In this document: positions 39,807-48,839 of the stretch, in pieces
How positions within the stretch are numbered: position 1 is the stretch's first letter
Layout: each line of letters begins with the position of its first letter
Origin: Vulcanimicrobiota bacterium
GTDB taxonomy: Bacteria; Vulcanimicrobiota; Vulcanimicrobiia; Vulcanimicrobiales; Vulcanimicrobiaceae
NCBI GenBank assembly: GCA_963833095.1
Contig: CAWHWQ010000002.1
Location: 275,094-339,093 of the forward strand
DNA length: 64,000 nt
Direction of reading: 5' to 3'
Made by a program: the position numbers and the translations under genes
The notes under the pieces: model-generated
What the model saw: only the letters and a program-made list of their open reading frames with translations
Told to the model about the DNA's origin: nothing
Database searches by the model: none

Positions 39807-40550
39807 ATGTTCACAGGACGGGTTGCCATCGTTACCGGGGGCACGCGCGGCATTGGGCTTGCCATCACGCAAGCGCTCGCGCAAGCGCACGCGCATGTTG
39901 CCGCGGGTTACAGCAAGGACGCCGGAAAGGCCGAACGCTGCGCGGAAACGCAGCGCGCCGGTGGCCACTCCGTCTCCACGCATCAAGGACGCGTCGATGA
40001 TTTCGATGATTGCAAGCGCGTCTTCGACGAGGTGCTCAAAGAATATGGGCGCGTCGATTTCCTCATCAATAACGCGGGCATTACCTTGGACAAGACCCTG
40101 CGTAAGATGAGCGCCGAAGATTGGTGCAACGTCATCAACGTCAATCTCTCCGGCGCATTCAACATGACCAAAGCCGTGCTCGAGCACATGATCGAACGCG
40201 GATCGGGCCGCATTATCAACATCAGCTCGGTCATCGGCTCGACCGGTAACATCGGTCAGGCCAACTACGCCGCCTCCAAGGCCGGCCTCTTCGGCTTCAC
40301 CAAGTCGCTCGCGCTCGAGACGGCCAATAAGGGCATCACGGCCAACGTGGTGGCGCCCGGCTTCATCGCGACCGAGATGGTCGAGTCGATGCCGGAAGCT
40401 GCGCTCGCCAAGGTCGTCGAGAAGATCCCCACCAAGCGGCTGGGCAAGCCCGCCGAGGTGGCGCGGGTCGTGAAATTCCTCTGCGAGGACGACTCGGCCT
40501 ATATAACGGGAGCGGCGTTCCACGTCAACGGCGGCCTGGACATGGCGTAG
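39807..40550 (+). CDS. phaB: Acetoacetyl-CoA reductase (SDR)
   Basis: TGGTRGIG, NNAGIT.D, GQANYAASKAG and NGGLDM motifs; adjacent to phaC. Confidence 0.85.
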   Translation: MFTGRVAIVTGGTRGIGLAITQALAQAHAHVAAGYSKDAGKAERCAETQRAGGHSVSTHQGRVDDFDDCKRVFDEVLKEYGRVDFLINNAGITLDKTLRKMSAEDWCNVINVNLSGAFNMTKAVLEHMIERGSGRIINISSVIGSTGNIGQANYAASKAGLFGFTKSLALETANKGITANVVAPGFIATEMVESMPEAALAKVVEKIPTKRLGKPAEVARVVKFLCEDDSAYITGAAFHVNGGLDMA

Positions 40551-40552
40551 TT

Positions 40553-40643
40553 CGTCATCCCGGGTGTAGCAAAGCGACGTCGAGGGCAGATCCCAGGCGG
40601 TGCTGCCGGCTCCGGTGCTCGGCGCCTACCCCCAGCATGACAA
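40553..40643. repeat. Degenerate/variant inverted REP pair
   Basis: CGTCATCCCGGGTGTAGCAAAGCGACGTCGAGGG at 40553-40586; minus strand 40601-40643 reads TTGTCATGCTGGGGGTA...GGAGCCGGCAGCA. Confidence 0.65.
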
Positions 40644-40728
40644 GCCTGGCGCCTTTGGCCATCCGGATAAAGTTCCTAAGGTTTTCTTCACCTTTTGCTA
40701 GGTAAGCACAGCGGATGGGTACAAAGTA

Positions 40729-41517
40729 GTGCCCATGATAACCACCTCGACTGCCCCCTCGGGAGCGCTCACGCGCCTCGAAGGTCGAGTGGCGATCGTG
40801 ACCGGCGGTTCGCGCGGTATAGGCGGCGCGATTTCGACGGCGCTCGCTGCCGACGGTGCGACTGTAGCCGTGCTCGGTATACCGGCCGATCGCGAACGTA
40901 CGGAAACGTTGCGCGCGTCGCTTAACGGTACCGCGAAACTCGTCCATTTTTATGAAGCCGACGTCGCCGATCCGCATGCGTGCGAAGCCGCGGCGCAAGC
41001 AGCGATCGCGGAACACGGGAAAGTCGACATCCTCGTCAACAACGCCGGCATCACCAAAGATCGCACGGCGCGCAAGATGTCGATCGAAGAATGGCAAGCG
41101 GTCCTGAACGTGAACCTGTCAGGGCCGTTTTTTATGATCAAAGCCGTGCTCGATCATATGCTCGGACAAGAGTACGGGCGCATCGTAAACATCAGCTCCG
41201 TCGTCGGTCACATGGGCAACTTCGGTCAAGCAAATTATGCCGCTGCGAAAGCAGGGCTGCTCGGGCTAACCAAGACACTCGCACTTGAAACTGCGCGCAG
41301 TGGTATCACCGTCAATGCGGTCGCGCCGGGTTTCATCGCGACCGAAATGGTCAATGCCATGCCGCAAGCCGCGATCGACGCCGCGCGCGGGCGCACTCCG
41401 GTCGATCGCCTCGGTCTGCCGTGGGAGGTCGCGCGCGTCGTGCGCTTCTTGGTCGACGACAATTCCGGATACATCACCGGCGCGACCTACGACGTCAACG
41501 GGGGCATGTACATGTGA
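40729..41517 (+). CDS. phaB: Acetoacetyl-CoA reductase (second paralog)
   Basis: TGGSRGIG, NNAGITKD, GNFGQANYAAAKAG and VNGGMYM motifs. Confidence 0.85.
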   Translation: MPMITTSTAPSGALTRLEGRVAIVTGGSRGIGGAISTALAADGATVAVLGIPADRERTETLRASLNGTAKLVHFYEADVADPHACEAAAQAAIAEHGKVDILVNNAGITKDRTARKMSIEEWQAVLNVNLSGPFFMIKAVLDHMLGQEYGRIVNISSVVGHMGNFGQANYAAAKAGLLGLTKTLALETARSGITVNAVAPGFIATEMVNAMPQAAIDAARGRTPVDRLGLPWEVARVVRFLVDDNSGYITGATYDVNGGMYM

Positions 41518-43397
41518 TGATCGGCTCGGTACCGCTCGAAGAGTTCAGCTACGGTCTCGATCTTTCCGGTGCCGATCCGGCATCGCTCAATGATGCGCTG
41601 CGCGCGGTGACGCTCGACGTGATGAGCGATCCCGTGCGCATGGGCACGATCGTCACGGGTTTGATGTTCGCACAGCAAGGCGTCGCAATGAATGCGCTGC
41701 GCCGTATGCAAGGCGAGAATCCGCCGCCCGCGGTCGATGTGCACGGCGACAAGCGCTTTTCGGATCCCGCGTGGACCAGCAATCCGTTCCTCATCTCGAT
41801 GGTCGAAGAATATCTGCTCCGCCGGCAGTACGCGCAGCAATTGGTCGAAAGTTCGCGTCTTCCCGAAGCGACCAAACGCAAAGCGCGCTTTGCGATGAAC
41901 ATGATGATGGACGCGCTAGCGCCAAGCAATTTGCCCTGGCTCAATCCTTCGGTGATTAAAGAAGCCGTGGACACCGGTGGCACCAGCCTCATCGAAGGGC
42001 TCACCGAAATGCTCGACGACGTGCAGAACAACGGCGGCTATCCAAAGCAAGTCGATACGTCGGCGTTTACCTTGGGTGAGACGCTCGCGGCCACGCCCGG
42101 CGAAGTGGTTTTTCGCAACGAGCTCATCGAGTTCATCGCCTATTATCCGCAGACCGAGACGGTCTACGAGCGGCCGATTCTGATGTCGCCGCCGTGGATC
42201 AACAAGTATTACATCATGGACCTCGCACCGGGACGTTCGTTCGTCGAATGGGCGGTGCAGCGCGGCCATCAAGTCTTCATGATCAGCTATCGCAATCCCG
42301 ATGAGACGATGCGGGATTACACGATGGACACGTATTTCGAAAAAGGCATCCTTGCCGCGCTGGGTGCGGTGGAACGCATCACCGGCGCGCCGCAAGTCAA
42401 TCTCGCCGCGCTCTGCGTCGGTGGGACGATGACGCTGATGTTTCTCGCATATCTAGCAGCCAAGGGTGAAGAGCATCGCATCGGTGCGGTCACGCTGACC
42501 AACACGATTCTCGATTTCGCCGAACCCGGCGATCTGGGCGTGTTCACCGACGAAGCTTCGATCGCGAAGCTTGAAAAGAGCATGCAAGAACGAGGGTTTC
42601 TCGAGTCGAGCGAAATGGCCGGAACCTTCAATTGGATGCGCGCCAACGATTTGATCTGGAGCTACGTCGTCTCGAATTGGTACATGGGCAAAAAGCCGCC
42701 CGCGTTCGACATTCTCACCTGGAATGCCGACGCGACGCGGATGCCCGCGGCTATGCATTCGCAGTATCTGCGTTCGTGTTACCTGCACAATCTGCTCGTC
42801 GTGCCCAATGCGTTCGTGCTCGACAACGTTCCGCTCGACATGGGCAAAGTCACGACACCGCTGTACGTGCTCGGCGCCGAAGCCGATCACATCGCGCCGT
42901 GGCGCACCAGCTTTGCAACGTCGCAATACGTCGGTGGTCCGGTGAAATATACGCGCACCAATTCCGGACACGTCGCGGGCATTTGCAATCCGCCCGGCAA
43001 TCCGAAGTCATGCCACTGGACGTGCGATACCGTCGAACCGGGTGAAGATCCCGACGCGTGGCTCGCGCGCAGCACCAAACACCAGGGAAGCTGGTGGGAA
43101 GATTGGTCGGCATGGGCCGACGCGCACGGCGGCGCACGCCGCGAACCTTATCCGCTGCCCAACGGCGGCGAACCGGCACCGGGCCGGTACGTCAGGAACG
43201 AAATGGGAACCGATCGATTTACTGCTCCTCAACCACAGAGGCCACCGTCGTATGATGAACAATCGCGACCACTTGAAGGGCCTGGGCGAGTTCATTCGCA
43301 CGCAGCGCGAGCTGGCGAATCTCTCCCTCCGGCAGCTCGCCGACCTCGCGAAGGTCTCAAATCCGTACCTCAGCCAGGTCGAGCGCGGACTCTATAA
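41517..43397 (+). CDS. phaC: Polyhydroxyalkanoate synthase (3' end uncertain)
   Basis: DKRFSDPAW, PPWINKYYIMDL, lipase-box-like AALCVGG, DHIAPW, SGHVAG, GSWWEDW and APGRYV. The ORF runs about 145 bp into the next gene, so an indel near 43205-43230 is possible. Confidence 0.93.
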   Translation: MIGSVPLEEFSYGLDLSGADPASLNDALRAVTLDVMSDPVRMGTIVTGLMFAQQGVAMNALRRMQGENPPPAVDVHGDKRFSDPAWTSNPFLISMVEEYLLRRQYAQQLVESSRLPEATKRKARFAMNMMMDALAPSNLPWLNPSVIKEAVDTGGTSLIEGLTEMLDDVQNNGGYPKQVDTSAFTLGETLAATPGEVVFRNELIEFIAYYPQTETVYERPILMSPPWINKYYIMDLAPGRSFVEWAVQRGHQVFMISYRNPDETMRDYTMDTYFEKGILAALGAVERITGAPQVNLAALCVGGTMTLMFLAYLAAKGEEHRIGAVTLTNTILDFAEPGDLGVFTDEASIAKLEKSMQERGFLESSEMAGTFNWMRANDLIWSYVVSNWYMGKKPPAFDILTWNADATRMPAAMHSQYLRSCYLHNLLVVPNAFVLDNVPLDMGKVTTPLYVLGAEADHIAPWRTSFATSQYVGGPVKYTRTNSGHVAGICNPPGNPKSCHWTCDTVEPGEDPDAWLARSTKHQGSWWEDWSAWADAHGGARREPYPLPNGGEPAPGRYVRNEMGTDRFTAPQPQRPPSYDEQSRPLEGPGRVHSHAARAGESLPPAARRPREGLKSVPQPGRARTL

Positions 43398-43608
43398 GCC
43401 CTCGGCCGAGGTCCTCAAGCAGATCGCCCGGGCGCTGCATCTGTCGGCCGAGACGTTCTACGCCCAGGCCGGGCTGCTCGACGACAACGTCCGCAACGAG
43501 GCGGCCGATGCGGTCGAATCCGCGGTCAAGCTCGACCCGCGGCTGACGGCCGAGCAAAAGGACACCCTTATCCGGGTCTATCGAGGGTTTGCCGGCGACC
43601 GGACTTGA
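43252..43608 (+). CDS. XRE-family HTH regulator
   Basis: LGEFIRTQRELANLSLRQLADLAKVSNPYLSQVERGLYKPSAEVL. Confidence 0.9.
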   Translation: MMNNRDHLKGLGEFIRTQRELANLSLRQLADLAKVSNPYLSQVERGLYKPSAEVLKQIARALHLSAETFYAQAGLLDDNVRNEAADAVESAVKLDPRLTAEQKDTLIRVYRGFAGDRT

Positions 43609-43634
43609 CAGACTACCCGTGCGCTTGGTACACT
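43605..43634 (+). promoter_or_regulatory. Sigma70-type promoter of the putative phasin gene
   Basis: TTGACA (43605-43610), 18-nt spacer, extended -10 TG-g-TACACT (hexamer 43629-43634). Confidence 0.7.
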
Positions 43635-43665
43635 TAGCGCACAACGAATGTAAGGGAGTCTATCC

Positions 43666-43920
43666 ATGAATAACTACACTGAAGTCCTCGAGAAGGCCCA
43701 AACCGAGTTTCTGAGCGGTCTCAAGCAGGCGCAAGAGCTGAACATCAAGGCGCTTACCACCGTGACCGAGCTGTTCGAATCGAACGGCGCGACGGCCCAG
43801 CTGCCGACGCCGGCGGAGATCGTTGAGCGCAGCTTTGCGTTCACGAACCAACTGCTCGAGACGCGCAAAGAGTACATGCTCAAGCTCGCGGAACTTCTTC
43901 CGAAGAACCAACAGAACTAA
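43666..43920 (+). CDS. Small phasin-like granule-associated protein
   Basis: 84 aa amphipathic helical protein (LPTPAEIVERSFAFTNQLLETRKEY) with a strong RBS, in the pha cluster. Confidence 0.6.
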   Translation: MNNYTEVLEKAQTEFLSGLKQAQELNIKALTTVTELFESNGATAQLPTPAEIVERSFAFTNQLLETRKEYMLKLAELLPKNQQN

Positions 43921-43941
43921 CGCAATCGTTTCGCAAATGTA

Positions 43942-43975
43942 AAGAACCTCGGCTTTTTGCCGGGGTTTTTTTCTT
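43942..43975 (+). terminator. Rho-independent terminator
   Basis: AACCTCGGC-TTTTT-GCCGGGGTT followed by a T-tract. Confidence 0.8.
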
Positions 43976-44092
43976 AATCCTCATCCCCGACTAAAGTTAA
44001 CATCCGCCAGACGTTGCAGATACATTCACTTAACCTGTGAACCGTTTGCCTGCCTAGTTTGTCGCATAGCCGAGCCCGACAACTTGAAGGTA

Positions 44093-44956
44093 ATGCAACA
44101 CATCTTTGATGGCTTGCCGGTTTTGACATCATTCCTCAGCATCGTTCTGGGAGTGGTGGCCTGCTTTTTCGGAAGTCTCGTCGGCTTCGGCGGCGGCTTC
44201 ATCTCGGTGCCGATTCTGCGGCTCTCAGGACACCTGACGCCGCAAGTCGTGGCGGCAACGTCGCTCTTCATGGTCGGCGTCAATGTCGCGGTTGCCTCAT
44301 TCGCGCTGCGCAAGAAGAAGCGCATCAATCTGCGGATCGGCTGGTCGGTCGGCCTTGGCGGCATCGCCGGCGCGCTGTTCGGCGTCTTCGCCCTCAAGTT
44401 CGTCAGCTCGGGCCAGTTTGACATCCTCTACGGCGCGATGCTGTTGTTCATCGCGTACAACATGCTCAAGCCCAGCAAGCCCCTGTCGATTCCTGAAACG
44501 GCGATCGAGTCGGATCGTTCGCAGCGCACGAGCAATTACGAATTCGCGGTGATGGGCCTGCTGGTCGGATTTTCTTCGAGTCTGTTCGGCATCGGGGCCG
44601 GCACGGTCGCGATCCCGCTCTTGCTGTGGCGCTATAAGCTGCCCGCGTACGTCGCGATGCCGACCGCGTCGTTCATCGCCACGATCTACATTTGGCCCGG
44701 CGTCATCGCACAAATCCACGAAGCGCGCGTCGACTGGGCACTCGCCATTCCGCTCTCAATCGGCGCTGTGCTCGGCGCGTATTTCGGCGCCCGCTACTCC
44801 AACCGCTTGAAATCGCCGCAGCTCACGCGCATCTTCGGCGCCATCTGCGTCGTCACGTTCATCACCCTGAGCGTTCGGCATCTGCCGATGTTCCAACACC
44901 ACGCAACGACACTCGCTTCTACGACCATTCAAATTTCGAAGGCGGCCACAAAATGA
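44093..44956 (+). CDS. TauE/SafE-family (sulfite exporter-like) membrane protein
   Basis: GSLVGFGGGFISVPIL and SSLFGIGAGTVAIP repeated motifs. Confidence 0.88.
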   Translation: MQHIFDGLPVLTSFLSIVLGVVACFFGSLVGFGGGFISVPILRLSGHLTPQVVAATSLFMVGVNVAVASFALRKKKRINLRIGWSVGLGGIAGALFGVFALKFVSSGQFDILYGAMLLFIAYNMLKPSKPLSIPETAIESDRSQRTSNYEFAVMGLLVGFSSSLFGIGAGTVAIPLLLWRYKLPAYVAMPTASFIATIYIWPGVIAQIHEARVDWALAIPLSIGAVLGAYFGARYSNRLKSPQLTRIFGAICVVTFITLSVRHLPMFQHHATTLASTTIQISKAATK

Positions 44957-45906
44957 GCAAGCTTGGATTCGTCGGCGCCGGCGCAGTGGGCGCGGCAGCA
45001 GCACTCGCGTCATGCGTACGCTCGGTGGCAAGCGATATCGTTCTGGTCGATCGATACCCGGCGCGGGCGAACGGTGTCGCAACCGATTTGCGTTACGGTG
45101 CGCCGCTCTCGCCGGCAATCCAAGTTCGCGCGGGCGACTTCGATGATCTCGACGATGCCGGCTTGGTCATCATTAGCGCCGGAATCAATGAAAAAACCGG
45201 CGGTGCGACCGATCGCAACGATCCGCTGGGCCGCCTGCGCCTGCTCCGTACCAACGTCGAAGTTTTCGAAGAGATCGTTCCGAAGATCGTCAGCGCGGCA
45301 CCGCACGCCACGCTGCTCATTGTCACCAATCCGCCCGAACCGCTGGTCGATATCACCTGCCGCCTAGCCGGTCACAATCGCGTGCTCAGCACCAGCACGT
45401 TCTTGGACACGCTGCGCTTTCGCGTGCACATCGCGGAGCGCTTCCGCGTAAGCCCGCAAAGCGTCGAGGCGTACGTGATCAGCGAGCACGGAACCAACAG
45501 CGTGTTTTGCTGGTCGTCGGTACGCATCGGCGGCAGACCGCTATCGCAACTCGTCGCTGAACGTCGCATTCCGATGGGTGAGTTTCGCGCCTCAGTCGAG
45601 AACGACGTGCGTTATGCGAACATTTCGATCATCGAAGGCATCGGCGCGAGCCAGTATGGCATCGGCATGGTTGTCGCTCGTGTGGCCGAGTGCATCTTGC
45701 GCGACGAGCGCGCGGTGCTTCCGGTCGGTTCGTATCAGCCCAACTACGGCGTGACGCTTTCGCTTCCGAGCATCGTCGGCAAACGCGGCGTGAGCGACGT
45801 GGTCTGGCCGCAGCTCTCCGAAGAAGAACAAGCCGGAGTCGACGCCAGCGCCAAGCGGCTCAAGAGCGTCGTCGCGGAGTACTCCGCCGCCGAAGTCGCT
45901 GCTTAA
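44953..45906 (+). CDS. Lactate/malate dehydrogenase-family 2-hydroxyacid dehydrogenase
   Basis: GFVGAGAVG, VTNP, LDTLRFR and SEHG motifs; ATGA-coupled to the TauE gene. Confidence 0.88.
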   Translation: MSKLGFVGAGAVGAAAALASCVRSVASDIVLVDRYPARANGVATDLRYGAPLSPAIQVRAGDFDDLDDAGLVIISAGINEKTGGATDRNDPLGRLRLLRTNVEVFEEIVPKIVSAAPHATLLIVTNPPEPLVDITCRLAGHNRVLSTSTFLDTLRFRVHIAERFRVSPQSVEAYVISEHGTNSVFCWSSVRIGGRPLSQLVAERRIPMGEFRASVENDVRYANISIIEGIGASQYGIGMVVARVAECILRDERAVLPVGSYQPNYGVTLSLPSIVGKRGVSDVVWPQLSEEEQAGVDASAKRLKSVVAEYSAAEVAA

Positions 45907-46703
45907 CTCAGCTTGTTGCTGCTGAACAACGCGAGATAACAGCCCGGCGCAATGCCGAGGCTAGCTTGGATCGGTTCGAGTTCGCACAGGCCGAGCGTGC
46001 GGTGACGCACGATGAACGCCGGGACGCCCGGCGGCAACACTTCCCAGTCGTTCCAGATCCGCACGAAATCCGGTTCGCGCATCATCGTCGAGAGCAACTC
46101 GTCGAAATGCTTGTCGCCGTGATAGGTTGCGTACAGGTTGCGGAAGACCGCGACGCAGCCACGTGACGCCGTCTCCCAATCGACGTACAGCTGCCGCCGC
46201 GACGGATCGAAGAACATGCGCCACAGCACGTTACGCGAGAGCAGATTGCCGCCTGGGTGATAATCGAAGATCTCGGCCAACTGCGAATTCCAGACCAGCA
46301 GATCCAGACGCGGCGTGGCAACATAGGCCGGTGCTTCGCGGTGCAACTCGACGAGCTTACGCAGCGCGTCGGGAATCTCCGGATCGAGCGTGCACACCTG
46401 CGGCGGCACATCCGATGCCAGCACTTTCAAGTAGGCGATCTCCGGCGGCGTGAGCAGTAGCGCTCGGCCGATCTCGTCGATCACATCGAGTGAAAAGTTG
46501 ATCTCCCGCGCTTGCTCTATCCAGGTGTACCAGGTAGTCGAGATGCCTGCTAGTTTGGCGACCTCTTCGCGCCGCAAACCGGCCACGTGCCGGCGGGCCG
46601 AATCGTCCTCGAGCCCCACATCAACCGGGCGTAACGCACCGCGCCGCGCCCGCAAAAATAAACCGAGGTCAGAACGCCGGGAGAAGGTCGGGGCTTCGAG
46701 CAT
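45903..46703 (-). CDS. XRE regulator with MmyB-like ligand-binding domain
   Basis: LGLFLRARR...GLRREEVAKLAGISTTWYTWIEQAR, PAYV and DLLVWN motifs. Confidence 0.9.
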   Translation of the reverse strand: MLEAPTFSRRSDLGLFLRARRGALRPVDVGLEDDSARRHVAGLRREEVAKLAGISTTWYTWIEQAREINFSLDVIDEIGRALLLTPPEIAYLKVLASDVPPQVCTLDPEIPDALRKLVELHREAPAYVATPRLDLLVWNSQLAEIFDYHPGGNLLSRNVLWRMFFDPSRRQLYVDWETASRGCVAVFRNLYATYHGDKHFDELLSTMMREPDFVRIWNDWEVLPPGVPAFIVRHRTLGLCELEPIQASLGIAPGCYLALFSSNKLS

Positions 46704-46758
46704 GCAGTTCTCCGTGTGAGCAAGGAGGCGCTTTTGCCCACCTTTGCCACCTTGGTCC

Positions 46759-48107
46759 CTAAGCCTCCAATGGAAAGCGCATTGTGACCTTGGTCCCGAT
46801 CTCGGCCCCGCTCTCCAAAGCGATCGAGCCGCCCATGCGTTCGACTGCTCGCTTTGCTATCGCCAGGCCCAGGCCCGAGCCGTCGACCTCCCCATGCGAG
46901 CCGCCGCGATAGAACCGGTCGAAGGCGTGCTCGACGTCGATCGTGTCCATCCCCGGCCCGTGATCGGCCACCTCGAGGACGGCGCTTTGGCCCTCGCGAC
47001 CCACCCGCACCTCGACCGGCGAGGCAGGCGCGTAGCGCACCGCGTTTTCGACCACGTTCTTGACCGCTTCGTAGAGCTCGCCGTCGTCGCCGAATACTAC
47101 CGCAGCACCGTCGCCGGCGAGCTGCAACCGTTCGCCGGCGAGCGGGCGCAACGCATCGACGGCGCGCGCAGCAACCGAATTCAAGTCGATCTCATCGTTC
47201 ACCGAGACGTCCTCGCGCTCGAGACGCGCAAGCAGAATCAGCTTTTCGATGATGCGGCGCATCTTGCGGCTTTCATCGAGCATCGTTTCGTGCACGCGGC
47301 GCACACCCTCGCCGTCTTGCACGACGCCCGATTGCAGCGCATCGAGATAGCCCATGAAAATCGTCAGCGGCGTGCGCAGTTCGTGTCCCGCATCGGCGAT
47401 GAACTGGCGCATCTGCTGCTCGTGACGGCGCCGCTCGTAGGTTGCGGCGTTTAATCGCTGGGCTACCTCGTTGTACGTCTGGGTCAGCTCGTGTAAACTG
47501 CTGTCGCTTTCGAGCAAGAGCTTGGGCGTGAAATCGCCTTCGGCGATCGAGCGCAACGCATCGTTGACTGCGCGCAGCGGACGCAGCGCGCGTCCGGTGA
47601 TCGTGCGGCCGGCAAGCCACGCGATTAAGACCGCGAGCACACCGATCGGTAGGATGCGCCCCCAGTAGCGCAGGAGCGAGCGCGAAAAGTCGGCGACGTC
47701 GGGTTCGAGCACGATCGTGCCGCCGCCCGGTACGCCGACAAAACGCGGCCGCAAGGCGAGCGCTGCAGCAATAAGCCGTTGGCTATCGTCGAGTTGCGCG
47801 GAAGCCCCGGCAACGACGCCATGCTGCGGACCGAGCACGAGAATTCGCGATTTCGCGTTGCGGCTCGTCGGCGATGACCTTCGGCGCGAGTCTGCGCGAG
47901 CGTGAGATGCTGCGCGGTCAGATCGTGCACACGCGCCTGCATGCGGGCTTGCGCGGCGTCGATCGACTGATTGAACGTCGTGGCGAAACCGATAATGAAA
48001 AATGCCGACGAGGCGCCGGCGACCAGCGCAATCAGCGCGACCGCTAGAATCACGTAGCCACGCGTGATCCGTCGCGAAAAATTCCGAAAGGTCGGTTCAG
48101 TCGGCAC
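46759..48107 (-). CDS. Membrane HAMP sensor histidine kinase; frameshift(s) near 47845-47895
   Basis: First TM lies in ORF 47625..48107. Second TM, HAMP, DAGHELRTP, NAVRY, DHGPG and GSGLGL lie in ORF 46759..47838. Confidence 0.88.
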
Positions 48108-48780
48108 GAAGGGTGTATCCGGCGCCGCGCACCGTTTGAATCAGCGGCCGCGCGAAGCCCTCATCGACCTTGCTACGCAGATAGGAGATGTAGCGCTCGA
48201 CCGCGTTCTGACCTACGTCTTTCTCATCTCCCCATACGAGATCGAGCAGTTCATCGCGCGTGAAGACGCGCCGGGGCCGGCGCAGCAGCGTAACCAGCAG
48301 ATCGTACTCAAGCGGCGAGAGTTCGATGCGCTTGCCCGCGCGAATGACGATGTGTTCGTCGAGATTGATGCTGATGTCGTCGTACGCGATGACGTTGCGG
48401 TTTTCCAGGTGCGGGCGGCGCAGCTTGGCGTCGATGTGCGCGATAAGCTCCTGCATTTCGAACGGCTTGCTGAGGTAGTCGTCGGCTCCGTGGGAGAGAC
48501 CCTCGACTTTGGTGTCGACCTCGCCCCGGGCGGAAAGCATGACGACGGGGGCGTCGGTGACCCGGCGCAACATGGGCAAAAGTTCGATTCCGCTGACCAT
48601 CGGCATCATGACGTCGAGCACGATCACGTCTGGGGACCAGTCCTTGACCAGGTCCAAGCCAGCCGGCCCATCGGCTGCCGTGCGGACGGCGTAACCATGG
48701 TGGCCCAGGGTGAGCTCGAGGAGCTCGCGGATGCGAGGTTCGTCGTCGATGATCGCGACGCGCGGCTTCGTTTCAGGCAT
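48097..48780 (-). CDS. OmpR-family response regulator
   Basis: IIDDE, LDVMMP, GADDYLSKPF and IQTVRGAGY motifs. Confidence 0.95.
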   Translation of the reverse strand: MPETKPRVAIIDDEPRIRELLELTLGHHGYAVRTAADGPAGLDLVKDWSPDVIVLDVMMPMVSGIELLPMLRRVTDAPVVMLSARGEVDTKVEGLSHGADDYLSKPFEMQELIAHIDAKLRRPHLENRNVIAYDDISINLDEHIVIRAGKRIELSPLEYDLLVTLLRRPRRVFTRDELLDLVWGDEKDVGQNAVERYISYLRSKVDEGFARPLIQTVRGAGYTLRAD

Positions 48781-48839
48781 AGGGTTAAAAACTAGTACCC
48801 CGGCTTGAGACTTCCTGGAGAGGGGCCGAAAATTAAAAT

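Noticed and set aside
40717..40729. GGTACAAAGTAG matching half of the 39003 operator upstream of the second phaB
   Set aside because: Only a half-site, and more simply explained as a -10-like element.
43042..43608. PhaC-XRE fusion or 188-aa extended regulator
   Set aside because: The HTH similarity begins only at about 43252, and the overlap is better explained by an uncertain phaC 3' end. A fusion cannot be supported without reads.
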